From: Naegleria gruberi
Lineage: Eukaryota
Strand: one strand, 5' to 3'
DNA length: 64,000 nucleotides
Assembly (NCBI GenBank): GCA_000004985.1
Contig: GG738910.1
Under the pieces are notes generated by a model that saw only the letters and a program-made list of their open reading frames with translations, did not search any database and was not told where the DNA came from. The translations under genes and the position numbers were made by a program. The first letter of the stretch is position 1, and each line of letters starts with the position of its first letter. This document shows positions 44,168-54,932 of the stretch, in pieces.

Positions 44168-45649
44168 TTCATCATTCTATCAATCTCTTGTCTAACGATG
44201 ATTATTCTTTCATTATCCAACTCGTGAAGTAAATCCAATACTACATTCAATAATACATTTCTGTTGACTGTTGGAATTTGATTACCTTTTGGATATTGTT
44301 GATCATAAGCAACTGAACGTTGATTGGAGGAATATCTTCTATGTTGAGCTGATTGTTGGTTGTACACATTTTCTTGGGGAGGATAATATGGAATATTACC
44401 TGGCAAAACTTGTGGAGAAGATTCCCATCTCGATCTTTGGTTTGTACTTGCCCTTTGAGGTGGATAGTTCACCATTTGAGGATCATAGCTTTCTTCATAA
44501 CCTTGATAAGGTTGCTGTCCGTATCCTTGTTGTACATAATTTTGATTGTATTGAGGCTGTTGTTGGTTGTAATTCTGATATTGACCCTGCTGCATTTGGT
44601 ATGGTGGTTGTTGGTTTGCACTTCTTCTATCCTGTACAACAGGTGGTTGATTCATTGAAACATCTTCATATTGCATTCTTGATTGTGGTTGCTCGTTAAC
44701 TTGTTTTTGAACTCTTTGTGGTATTTCCTCAACCTCTTGATGTTTGGAAAGAACAACAAAATCTTCTTGTGTTGGTTGAGGCTGTTGTGGAATTGGTGAT
44801 TGTTTTACACTTTCTCTTACCGAAGGAGAAGCACTTCTTGATGGATTCTTTACAGCAACACCTCCACCAATAGGTGTATCATCATTTCTCAATCTTCTGG
44901 CATTTTGCTGAACTGGAATATCTTGCATTACATCTAATGATTCTAATGGTTGATGAGATGGTTTTGGTGAATCCTTTTTTGGTGGAGTTCTGGATAGTTT
45001 ATGTCTAGGTTTAGCCACAACTTCAAATTCACAGTCTTCTGAGACTTGGGTTGGTGTCTTTGAGACTGGTGGAGATTTTTGTTTTGGAGAAGGTGATCTT
45101 CTTTGCTTATTCTGATCAACAGGCACTCCCAATTCTCTTCCCTTAAATTGTTTTGCTTGGTCTCTTTCCTCGTTTGTAATGTCTTTGATATTAATTTTCT
45201 AGATCATTCCAATCTTCTCAATAACTTACCATCATCATCGAGTTTTGTTAATCCATCCAAGAAGGAGATAACTCTCAACCTGTAATTCTCAACGTCAGCG
45301 CAAGGATTTCCAGCCAACCACAACACTTTAAGATTCTTTAATTCCTTCAAATATTCCACCTCTGCAAGCTCCTCAATTTTGTTCTTTCTCAAGTAGAGCT
45401 CTCTCAATTTTTGGCCTTCCAAACAAATGGGTCAAATTTAATTATTATGAAATACAAACAATTTTCAAAAGGCTTCAAGGTTGTAATATTATTTACACTG
45501 AGGGAAACCACTTCAACAAATGGCATCTCCGAGATAATAGAAACATCGGTCAGCTCTTGCCCCCAAAAATTCAAATTCTTAACGTTTGCAATATTATCCA
45601 ATCTAGTTTTACCTAGAATGAAGTTTTTGGTTAGCACTCTGTCACCCAT
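44161..45649 (-). CDS. Leucine-rich-repeat + LRRcap protein with Q/P/Y-rich tail (CEP72 / LRRC36-like), 3 exons (45649..~45459, ~45414..~45230, ~45182..44161)
   Basis: Three minus-strand ORFs splice in frame via a 44-nt intron (GTTTGT..GGAAG) and a 47-nt intron (GTAAGT..TCAAAG). The LRR region SLSVNNITTLKPFENCQKLRELYLRKNKIEELAEVEYLKELKNLKVLWLAGNPCADVENYRLRVISFLDGLTKLDD matches the LRR/LRRcap pattern of CEP72/LRRC36 (LNLYYNNI...LDLRLNPV...DYRLF...L.KLDD). Long low-complexity QQPQYNQNY tail. Confidence 0.6.
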
Positions 45650-45739
45650 TTTCTTTCTGTTTTTTTTATTTTTTTGTAGAGAAATTAGGCGCGAAACTGT
45701 TGCCCATCAATGTCAACGTCGAATGAATTAAATTAAAAA

Positions 45740-46751
45740 ATGAAAGAAGTCAACAAAACAAAAGCACTGGTGGGTGTAGTACTCGGTATTTCCATCCTCC
45801 TCCTTGTTTTTTACATTCTCACAGGAAAACAACACCAAGTAAAAGTTGTAGAATATGAGCCACCAAAAACAGAACAATCAAAGCCAATATCTAAGCCATC
45901 GGATCCTCCTCAACCACCTAAACCACTTCCAAATCCTAAAGTTGGTACAAGAAGTTTATCTAATTTAATGCCAAAGGAAGATCAAAAGTTTGTAGTTTCG
46001 TATGGATTATACGGAGGTGATCCAAAATATACAACAGGAGCTATTAGAAATGCCGAATTGGTTCGTTACATTTATCCTGGATGGGTTTGTAGATTTTATC
46101 ATGATAACACAGTCCCAAAGAATGTTTTAACTCAACTCGAAGAATTAGGAGCTGAATTAATTAATGTTGCAAATGATGGTATGAGTGGAGGAATTGGAGG
46201 TATGTTTTCAAAATAGGTATTGTTTAATCAAAATTATGTTAATAGGAATGTTTTGGAGATTTTTAGTGGCTGGAGACGAAACTGTTGACAGATATATTGT
46301 AAGAGATTCTGATTCAAGATTAAATGCAAGAGAAGCAGCCGCAGTTGAGGAGTGGATTGAAAGTGGATATCCAGTCCACTCAATGAGAGATCACTTGGGT
46401 CACGACGCACCAATGAATGGTGGAATGTGGGGAGGTGTTAAAGGAGCTATTCCAGATATTATTGCAAAGATTAAAGCATGGCCAAATAGAGATCAATTTT
46501 GGATGGACATGAACTTTTTAGCCAAAGATATTTGGCCATTAATTAAGGATAAAACTCTTTCGCACGATTCTGTAGTTTGTACTAAATACCCAAACTCTAA
46601 ATCTTTCCCAACAAGAAGAATTGCTAAGGAACATGTCGGTCAAGTATTTGATGCTTTAGAATCTCCAAGACTTGGTGATATGAATGATGGTCGTATGGAT
46701 ACACCTTCTCCAATGGCTTGCAGAAGAAAACCTGAATGGACACATGGATAA
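45740..46751 (+). CDS. Type II membrane protein, putative glycosyltransferase-like, 2 exons (45740..46199, 46246..46751)
   Basis: Signal anchor ALVGVVLGISILLLVFYIL and a Pro-rich stem. A 46-nt intron (GTATGT..TTAATAG) joins ..SGGIG-G-MFWRFLVAGDET.. The lumenal domain has a DxD-like RDSDSR and conserved Trp/His residues. Family not identified. Confidence 0.5.
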
Positions 46752-47595
46752 CTGTTTCTAATAAACATTTAGCTCATATTTTCTCAATTCGCACCAGATT
46801 TTTGCATACCCCTACAGCTCGTTTACTTCACTTTTACTCTCTGTAACGGTAGAATGAACCTTTTATTACACAAGCTCCGTTTTCTCTCAATGGTGTGTTT
46901 TGAATACAGAGGAATAGAAATCTAACCCAAAATAACAAGAACTCTTTATATTCTATCAATGACATTTGTTTTGTGCTACCATTCCCTTATTAAGTAGTAG
47001 CCGTGCTACCAACCGCGTTGGTTTTAGTTATCCTGGTACTGCACAAAAGTCTCTTGACGACTTTGCAATTTTGTTTGGAAATGTATTGATTAGGTGGTAT
47101 GTTCGCAGAGCAACACAGAATAGTGGATTTATATTTTCATAAATATTTGAACCCAAGAAATAGCAAAGTGTGTAGGAGTTGGTAAATATGTTGATCAATT
47201 TTTGTTTGAATATGAACCTAAATCAGGAAGACCAGTGGAAGAAAGAGAGAAGAGTTCCAGTGATATAATTGAATTTATTCATTTACCAGGAATTTGAAAT
47301 AGTGGTGTCTCCATCACATGTCTATCTAATTATTAAGGACAAACTCTTCAGGTCCTTGACTTGACAAATGCTTCAATGCCTACCTGTATTTTTGTCTGCT
47401 GACTGCGTTATCGATCTTTGTTTAATTGTTCCAAGTACCATGCTTGTTTTGAAGAGTTGATGTAACATTTATTCCACTGTAAAAGATGCAGTAATAATAC
47501 ACCGTGATCGCTCCTGTAAACAATAGATTTAAAGAATAATTATAAATTAAATGAATTAGCCAATCTGTAAGCCCATTAATAAAACTTAATAAAAA

Positions 47596-48084
47596 ATGTA
47601 CTCTCAACCAGGAATGTATACTATGTCTCCACAAATGATAGCAGCTGTAGGTGTTGGCTGCAATGTTACTTCATCATCCAAATATGATGATAATCACTCT
47701 GTGGAAGGTATTGTCCTTAATCAAGTTAGAACAGGAGGACTTGCTTCTTCCTGGTGCGCAAAAGAAAATAATGTAAATCAATGGGTTAAGATTTATTTTG
47801 GTGGTAACGATTTCTATGTCCATAAGATTTCTATCCAAGGTCGTCATGAATTCCAACAATGGGTTACAAAGTTCGGATTGGAGTACACTGTTGATGGTAT
47901 TAGATGGGAGAAAGTGCATGATGGAAATCCAGCAGCTTATCACATTTTTGCTGGAAACAACGACTGCACCACCGTTGTTGAGCAAAACATCTACCCTGTC
48001 GTGGCTAAGGCTGTTAAAATTGTTCCTTTAGAATGGCACGGACATATCAGTATGAGATGTGAAGTTTTTATTACAAAGCACTAA
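47596..48084 (+). CDS. Discoidin-domain (F5/8 type C) lectin-like protein, 162 aa
   Basis: SSWCAKENNVNQWVKIYFGG..ISIQGRHEFQQWVTKFGLEYTVDGIRWEKV..LEWHGHISMRCEVFIT parallels the Dictyostelium discoidin I N-terminal domain as I recall it (..[35 protein letters not shown]). Discoidin domain only; no H-type lectin domain. Confidence 0.75.
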   Translation: MYSQPGMYTMSPQMIAAVGVGCNVTSSSKYDDNHSVEGIVLNQVRTGGLASSWCAKENNVNQWVKIYFGGNDFYVHKISIQGRHEFQQWVTKFGLEYTVDGIRWEKVHDGNPAAYHIFAGNNDCTTVVEQNIYPVVAKAVKIVPLEWHGHISMRCEVFITKH

Positions 48085-49800
48085 ACAAATTTTAGAGATC
48101 CAAAACTCGCTCAATTTACTTTTGTCGCAAAGGAAGACTTTGCTGGTGAATGGTTCCATGTTACACGACAAACATATTTCAACAATGTAGTAGGCCTTAA
48201 GAAGTCTTTTCTTTAGTCTAGCAAAACTATTGGGAACATTAAGTTTCCAACCTTCAACGTCTGCAAAAAATTGAAGAGCTGGCTTCAAATTGGTTAAATC
48301 ATACTCTTTCTTATTAACTGAAAGGTAAGCTGCAAAGCGTTCTATTGCATAAGGATTGGATCTTGGAATATTGTGAATCACTAAGAACCATTAAGGATAT
48401 CCTTAATAGTATCGGGAACCAATGAGAAGTTGGCCACTCCGGCACAACAAAAGTTCCTTTCGCTCTCGATTTGATTAGATGGAAAAGAGCTTGGGGGTTC
48501 AGACCTAAAGGAGGCACGCAATAATTCAGTGAGTCTTTCTCCCAAAGTTGACCGAATGCATCGTTTTCCATCCAACTGTTGTAAGTTATTGTCAAGGCAG
48601 ATTCTGATCTTTCGAAACTGTATGGTGACCGAATTCTTCTTCTACCAAATCTATCAATTCTTGCGAAGATTTCCAATCTCCTAATCTGCTTAGTCTGCAA
48701 TCTTGCTGATGTGCCAATCTTCTTTGATTAAGATTATCCAAATGTCTCTTGCAATTTCGGATAAATGACTGAGATAGCCGTAACCTTTTGCTACATAAGA
48801 TAGAGCTGTTGGGTTGTCCCCTCTTATTTCGAAGTGAGTATCTTTGGGAAACAATCTCAATCTGCTTGCTTCTTTGAAGAATTGAAATATCGCCATCAAT
48901 TCTTTCAAGTTGATTGATGAATCTATTTCGAACTTGCCTACAACGATAGTTTTTGAGGACTGGATTGCAAATCCTTCCAGAGATGCATCTGAATTGGTTA
49001 TTATTGACTCTGGAGCGTCGAGTTCTAACCAAGAGCCTTTGGATGATTGGATAATTTTTCGTAATACCCTTAGGTCTTTGGCAGGGCCTCGATTCACTAG
49101 TTGAATTCCATCCTTTTGAATCTTCTCTTATTGTCATTTGCTTTCTTAAACGATCCAGAAATAGTCTGATTGCTGGATCTGCCAGAGATAGAAATTCCAT
49201 CTTTCCAATAAACTTGGCTATGAATCTTGTTTGGAAGATAGTTCTTTATACTCTCCCAAAATCAATCGATCCAGTATATTGTGGTATGTTTTGCCTTCGA
49301 AGATGAATCCTAATAGGACTTTGTGTTGTTTCCTTACTGGAACTTGAAAATAACCTTTCTTTAAATCCAACTTGCACGCCCACATGCCTTTTCTTATGAA
49401 TTTCTTAACTTTTTGAATGGATTCCATCTTGAATGTGTTTGTGCTTATGCCATCGTTTATCTTTCTTAGGTCCAAGATAAACCTGTATTCGTCTGAACCT
49501 TTCTTTGGGACAACGTTGATAGGATTTAGAACTTGATTTAAAGAATAGGTTATAATTTGGTTTTTGTAACATGGAGTCTATCTTTCTCCTTATCCATGCT
49601 TTCTCTTTCTGAGAGAACTTCCTTTGGTGGTAGTTTTTCCATTGGCTGGAATCTGAATCGATTGGAATTCCGTTTTTTATCCAATCTTCAATTATTTCTG
49701 AGACGCCGAATTCTTTCCAACGTTGATGGAAATGAGAAGGCTGCCACCTAGAGGAACCTGTTTGTCACTTATTGATTGATGAAGAGGAATTGGAGTTGTT
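48028..49800 (-). mobile_element. Degenerate retrotransposon pol remnant (RT then RNase H-like then a further downstream domain), frameshifted and stop-interrupted
   Basis: Minus-strand translation spanning 49218..49540 gives the RT start VVPKKGSDEYRFILDLRKINDG...CKLDLKKGYFQVPV...LLGFIFEGKTY, then breaks. ORF 48690..49097 is RNase H-like (DASLEGFAI...HFEIRGDNPTALSYVAKG). ORFs 48314..48700 and 48028..48381 (VVPEWPTSHWFP; PYAIERFAAYLSV) look like further pol/recombinase-type domains. Several frames and no intact ORF. DIRS-like versus LTR-type cannot be decided. Confidence 0.55.
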
Positions 49801-49829
49801 AGAAACGCTCTTTACATGATTTGTCATTA

Positions 49830-51650
49830 TTATCCCTTTTTATTAAACTCCCACCCAAGATTAAATATGTTTTTATAGTTTTCCTTTTCTTGGAAGATAC
49901 TATAGGCCATATAGTACATTCTATCCAAAATCTTCAATCTTTCCTTACCAAGAGACTCAAAGTTTCTTCTAAAATCACTCCATTCATCATAATTTACCTT
50001 ATTATTTTCAGGTTTTAAGCCAATTTTGAAGAGTAAATATCTTGCCAACTTCATTTCACCAATTGACTTGCAAATTCTACAAGGGATATTTTGACCCAGT
50101 CTATAATCAAGATCCCTCACTGCTTTATCGATGTGTTTTTGATCTGACAATGTAATTTGATTGAATCTTTTTTCAAATGCCTCATCATCATTGATAGATT
50201 TCAAATATTCACCTAATTTTTCTGGAGATTCAAAATCATCAATATTAATAAAAGAATTTGGAGGGAAATTCCATTCTTTGAAGTTAGGAGCCCCCTTATA
50301 AATCATCATAAGCTTGGCTCCGTTTTGTAAAGCTTTCAATCCTTCAAAGAACTTCTCACTCACGTAATCTGTTACCATAGAATTTTCAACAGCAAAATAG
50401 AATCTACAATTATTATCCAATTCAAATTGCTTCCCTCCGTGGCCTTCCTGTATGTTCTTTCCACAAGCTCCATATTGATGAATTGGTACATATTCGGAGA
50501 GCTTGGTTAATAATTGATATCTAGATTTGGCTAAATCTCCATTGTGACAATTAGAAATAAACGCACAAACTCCCTTATTTTTGGCAAGTGGTTTTTTTCC
50601 AAAAAGCCCTGTCTTGATAATTTCAATTGGGTAATATAAACAGTTAACCCAAACAGTGCATGTTTTAAGGAAACATATACTAATATCAGCTGGAGATTCT
50701 GAAAAATTTTGCATTGATTGTTTTTCGCCCTTCTTTTGGATAAGTGGTTGAATATTTCTTGCCATTACAGCTTCACTACACATAAATAATGATAATCTCC
50801 TCATTCCTCTCCACATTGATTCTCCATAAATATTATCTACAGCATTAGAATGCTCAATAATTGTTTTCTCGTTTAGTTCATGTCTAGGCCCATTAATAAT
50901 TGTATGAAGCATGTCAATGTTTCTTGTTTGCTCCTTGAGTGAAGACAGGAAAAATGGTGGCTTGTAGTTGTAGTGCACTAAAACAGCATCCAAGTTAATT
51001 CCCTTATTATTGATAATTTCACCTGCTACTGTATCAACAAATACTTCACAAGAATGTTGTCTTGGGCATTTCTCTTTAGTATTAAATGTTCTGAAATAGT
51101 GGAACATATCTTTACCTGTTACAGAGGTTTCTTGAAATCCAAATCTAACCATCACCTTATCACTAAATTTAACCTTTCCCAAATTGTTATTAAGCTCTAA
51201 TTGTTCCTGATACCATCCATAGCTTCCTTCGCTTCTTTGATCGGGATTTGTAAGCAAATTGGCAATCATCAAGAAGTTTCTTTGGGTGTCTCTTTTAGGA
51301 GACATTTCTTCATAGGTTTTATGATTACCAACAAAAGCACACAATAAACATATCAAAATTATAACAACTATCAACATAATAAAAGGACTTCTCTTCATTC
51401 TTTTAAAAACATTTTCATCTTGTTTGGAATGAGCACCATAGGAAAATGAAGTATGAGGAGAATTTCTTAGCTCAACTTTAAGAACAGGAAACCCTTTTTC
51501 CAATTCTTGCCGTCTGGAAATGAAGATGGATGACCTGTCGTTAGTAACAGGCAACATATTTTTATTCAAATGTATTACATGATAAACTATCAGCCCTAAA
51601 AAACATTCAAAATTTTTGTTAATTATTTCCCTTCTAATTTTAAAGAACAT
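49830..51650 (-). CDS. GT10 alpha-1,3/4-fucosyltransferase (type II membrane), paralog 1
   Basis: TM anchor FIMLIVVIILICLLCAFVG. Canonical FucT motif NNCRFYFAVENSMVTDYVSEKFFEGL (cf FYLAFENS..DYITEKLW), followed by IYKGAPNFKEWNFPPNSFINIDDFESPEKLGEYL, which parallels human FUT4 [26 protein letters not shown]. Confidence 0.8.
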   Translation of the reverse strand: MFFKIRREIINKNFECFLGLIVYHVIHLNKNMLPVTNDRSSIFISRRQELEKGFPVLKVELRNSPHTSFSYGAHSKQDENVFKRMKRSPFIMLIVVIILICLLCAFVGNHKTYEEMSPKRDTQRNFLMIANLLTNPDQRSEGSYGWYQEQLELNNNLGKVKFSDKVMVRFGFQETSVTGKDMFHYFRTFNTKEKCPRQHSCEVFVDTVAGEIINNKGINLDAVLVHYNYKPPFFLSSLKEQTRNIDMLHTIINGPRHELNEKTIIEHSNAVDNIYGESMWRGMRRLSLFMCSEAVMARNIQPLIQKKGEKQSMQNFSESPADISICFLKTCTVWVNCLYYPIEIIKTGLFGKKPLAKNKGVCAFISNCHNGDLAKSRYQLLTKLSEYVPIHQYGACGKNIQEGHGGKQFELDNNCRFYFAVENSMVTDYVSEKFFEGLKALQNGAKLMMIYKGAPNFKEWNFPPNSFINIDDFESPEKLGEYLKSINDDEAFEKRFNQITLSDQKHIDKAVRDLDYRLGQNIPCRICKSIGEMKLARYLLFKIGLKPENNKVNYDEWSDFRRNFESLGKERLKILDRMYYMAYSIFQEKENYKNIFNLGWEFNKKG

Positions 51651-51776
51651 CGTTGAATCATTTAACCCCTAATAAAAAGAATAAGCACTCAATGGAACCA
51701 AGTTCGGTTTGAGGTATATTATTATACGTTATGACAACCAGTTTTGTACGATACTATTACTGATTTGTTGAAATAT

Positions 51777-53447
51777 TTATTTCCAAGTATTATCATCATT
51801 GAATTCACTTTCATCATTATTAGGATAGTAAAGATTTGCATAAGCAATTCTATACATGGAGTCAAGTACTGCCATTCTCTCTGGACCAAGAAAATCGAAC
51901 TGATTCTTGAATTCATTCCATTCCCTAAAGTTAACCTTTTTCTTAGGCACTTGCAGACCAATTTTAAATAACAAATATCGGGCTAATTTAGTTTGTCCCA
52001 CAACTTGACACATTCTACAAGGAAGGTAATTCTTCAAGCTGGGTTTCATCATCTTAATTGCATGATTGATTTGGACTCTGTCTCTTTCTAGTTCAGAAAA
52101 TCTCTTATTGAATTCATCTTCATTTTCGTTCAACTTTTTCAAATATTGTCCCAACTCATCAATTGAGGAGAAATCATCCACATTGATGAATGCAGATTTT
52201 GGATATTTGAAATCAGCAATATTTGGTGGACCTTTGTAAACCATCAATAATCTTCCGCCATTCTCCATTGCTTTGAAGCCTTCATATAATTTTTCAGTAA
52301 TATAATCTGGAACTACTGAGTTTTCCATGGCAAAGTAAATCTTGCAATTATGTTCAAGTTCGAACATCTTACCTCCTTTAGTTTCATATGCATTTCTACC
52401 ACATTTTCCATATTGTCTAACAGGAATATATTTAGATAGGGTTTCCAATATTTTCAATCTCTGGGATGCATGAGACTCAAATGCACAATTTGAAATAAAA
52501 GCACAAATTCCAGATCGTTTTGGTTGATTTGTTCCAAATTTTTCAGAGGCCAGGTCTATTGGATAATACAAATAAGTTTGAAAAATACTACAATTTCTCA
52601 TGAAACATGATGACAAATCCATTGTTGAAGAAGAGAATCTTTGCTGAGAAGCCTCATCATCTCTGGTCTGGTAAAAGTCAGCTATTTTCTTTCTTGCAAT
52701 CGACTCAACGTTAATGTAGAAGGACAATCTTCTCATTCTTCTCCAGAATGTCTCTCCTAATTCAGAGTCAATCCTATTTGAGACTTGTTCAGGAGTTCCC
52801 TGGAAGTTAGCAATTGATTTTTGAAATTGCTTTACAATATCACCTTCAGGTTGGTCATCTCTTCCGTGAACGACCAAGTCCTCGGAATAATGGTAATGAT
52901 AAATTATTGAATCTAACTGCGTTCCTGTTGCCAACTCGTCACGGGCAAAAGATAAAGAAAACATTTGACAAGAATGTTGTCTTACACAGGTCTTTTCAAC
53001 ACTAATTTCTCTGAACAAAGGAAACATAACTGGTGATGTCAGTTCTCTGTCCTGAAAGCCTATTCTTGTAACTATTGGATCCTTAAACTTTGTGCTACCA
53101 ATAGAATTATGGGACTCCAGCTGTTCCCTATACCATTTGTATGATCCAACGCCGTTGGACATTGTTAAAAGTTGGACAAGATGATGTTTAACATCTTTGC
53201 CCAATAGTTGTACAGGTGTTTCAACAGGAGGTTGGATAGGAGGACTGATGATGGGTTTTGGAGGCTCATTCTTAATAAGAATATTGCCAGCAAACCTCTC
53301 TGACCTCTTTGAAGAGTGGTAATGAACAACAACAATTAAAAATAGGAAAATTACAACAATAATAATAATTGATAATTTTGTTTTTGAGAACATTGTCCTT
53401 TTTGCTTCCCCTTCGCTTTTGTTCGTGCAAGGATCTGTTTGGGTCAT
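51777..53447 (-). CDS. GT10 alpha-1,3/4-fucosyltransferase (type II membrane), paralog 2 (tandem with 49830..51650)
   Basis: TM anchor LSIIIIVVIFLFLIVVVHY. Motif NCKIYFAMENSVVPDYITEKLYEGF and VYKGPPNIADFKYPKSAFINVDDFSSIDELGQYL. Collinear with the upstream paralog, including the C-terminal CRMC..KLARYLLFKIGL box. Confidence 0.8.
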   Translation of the reverse strand: MTQTDPCTNKSEGEAKRTMFSKTKLSIIIIVVIFLFLIVVVHYHSSKRSERFAGNILIKNEPPKPIISPPIQPPVETPVQLLGKDVKHHLVQLLTMSNGVGSYKWYREQLESHNSIGSTKFKDPIVTRIGFQDRELTSPVMFPLFREISVEKTCVRQHSCQMFSLSFARDELATGTQLDSIIYHYHYSEDLVVHGRDDQPEGDIVKQFQKSIANFQGTPEQVSNRIDSELGETFWRRMRRLSFYINVESIARKKIADFYQTRDDEASQQRFSSSTMDLSSCFMRNCSIFQTYLYYPIDLASEKFGTNQPKRSGICAFISNCAFESHASQRLKILETLSKYIPVRQYGKCGRNAYETKGGKMFELEHNCKIYFAMENSVVPDYITEKLYEGFKAMENGGRLLMVYKGPPNIADFKYPKSAFINVDDFSSIDELGQYLKKLNENEDEFNKRFSELERDRVQINHAIKMMKPSLKNYLPCRMCQVVGQTKLARYLLFKIGLQVPKKKVNFREWNEFKNQFDFLGPERMAVLDSMYRIAYANLYYPNNDESEFNDDNTWK

Positions 53448-53497
53448 TTTTTTGGATTGTAAAACTCCCTCAGTAAACTATTATCAATTATTAAGAT

Positions 53498-54883
53498 TTA
53501 TTTCGGTTTGCATGGACAAAGCCTTCTCTCTGAGGGGTGTGCATTTCCACATCTAAACTTTGATCTTCTATTTCCAATAATACAATATTTTCCATCAAAA
53601 TAAGGTGCTCTTGAATCAATAACTCCTTCTTTTTTACATTCACATGAAGAGTAATGTTTTCGCATCTCATCACATCTGTTGATATAAGGGAAATAATTAG
53701 GAGCACATACTGATTCACTCTTGGCACAAATGGTATCGCAATTTTCTCCCAGTGCTCCCAAAACTGCCTTTATAGTTTGAAGTTCTTGAAGACTGTGAAT
53801 AGCACTAGCTGGAAGAGTTTCACATGGCAAGCTGTCATGAACAAAATCATTTGGAGCTGAGGTTTCATCACAAGGATAAAACAAGGAATTTGGACAAGCA
53901 TCAACGAAAAACATAAACATCAATTGAGATTGAGTTTGAGTTTCGTAACATTGTGGAAAGTTGATTTTGTTTTGCTCTTCATTTCTATTATTTCCAACTG
54001 AAGTTACAACACCAATATGTTCCATTAATTGATATCTGTAAGTATAGAAAACTCGTTCTTTAAAATATTCCTGTCCCATTGGAACATACTTGTTGACAAA
54101 TTCCTCGAGCAGCCAATCTGTTGGGAATGCTCGTTTCCTATTGGCTTCCATATAGTTCATAAAACCAGGTATATCAGATTTATGAATAATGACACCATTA
54201 AGTCCAAATGAAAACCTAATACCTGAATAATTCTTCCTGCTCATAAATGTAGTTATTCTTGCCAAATGCCCTACAGCATATGGGCAAAACACAAAATCAT
54301 CTTCCATGAGCGCTAATGGACCTTTGATATCCATACTATGTACAGTCTTTAACATATCATAAAAATCATTGAGTTGCTTTCTCTTTCTCACATTATCTGA
54401 ATATGTATCTGTGTGTAAATTTGCTTGCTCCTTTCTTTCAAAAACGAATATATTATTACTAATATTAGTAGCTGCTGTTATTTCTGGTAAAGCAGAAGCA
54501 CCCTCGGTATTAAATATGTATATGCATGGCTCTAAAATCCCACCTTTCATTTCCACAATACTTTTTACTGTTCTTTCAAGATAGGAAAATCTTGAACCAC
54601 CACTGTGTTCTCTTGGAGCAGTAATTATCAAAAAATTCAAATCACAACTCTTAACTTCAACCTCCACAATTTTCTCCTTTGTAATGATCTTCTCAGTTAC
54701 GAGGGCTTCACAATTCAGTTGTGATAAGGAAGAATTATTGGCGTGTGATTTCGTGTGTGTATTTGTTTTACTTTCATGGATAGTAAATTGATAAGCAGTG
54801 CGTTTAAAGCTTAAAAACACACCAAGGACCACCAGTGTCATCACCACCAAAACCAAAATAATTTTATAGGGCTGTTTTTTCAT
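53498..54883 (-). CDS. GT54 (MGAT4-like N-acetylglucosaminyltransferase) type II membrane protein, paralog A
   Basis: TM anchor IILVLVVMTLVVLGVFLSF; stem VTEKIITKEKIVEVEV. Catalytic blocks NFLIITAPREHSGGSRFSYLERTVKSI, LALMEDDFVFCPYA, FPTDWLLEEFVNKY, YRYQLMEHIGVVTSVGN parallel MGAT4 LEDDIIV, PIDWLLDHI, FQHVGLHSSL. Cys-rich C-terminus. Confidence 0.7.
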   Translation of the reverse strand: MKKQPYKIILVLVVMTLVVLGVFLSFKRTAYQFTIHESKTNTHTKSHANNSSLSQLNCEALVTEKIITKEKIVEVEVKSCDLNFLIITAPREHSGGSRFSYLERTVKSIVEMKGGILEPCIYIFNTEGASALPEITAATNISNNIFVFERKEQANLHTDTYSDNVRKRKQLNDFYDMLKTVHSMDIKGPLALMEDDFVFCPYAVGHLARITTFMSRKNYSGIRFSFGLNGVIIHKSDIPGFMNYMEANRKRAFPTDWLLEEFVNKYVPMGQEYFKERVFYTYRYQLMEHIGVVTSVGNNRNEEQNKINFPQCYETQTQSQLMFMFFVDACPNSLFYPCDETSAPNDFVHDSLPCETLPASAIHSLQELQTIKAVLGALGENCDTICAKSESVCAPNYFPYINRCDEMRKHYSSCECKKEGVIDSRAPYFDGKYCIIGNRRSKFRCGNAHPSERRLCPCKPK

Positions 54884-54932
54884 TTTTTTAAGCCGTTGGA
54901 ATTACTGTAATTTCTATGAACAATCAGAAAAA
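54884..54932. promoter_or_regulatory. Putative bidirectional promoter / shared 5' region of the head-to-head GT54 paralogs
   Basis: Only 49 bp separate the divergent start codons at 54883 (minus) and 54933 (plus). The sequence is AT-rich (tttttttaagccgttggaattactgtaatttctatgaacaatcagaaaaa). The inference is purely positional. Confidence 0.3.
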
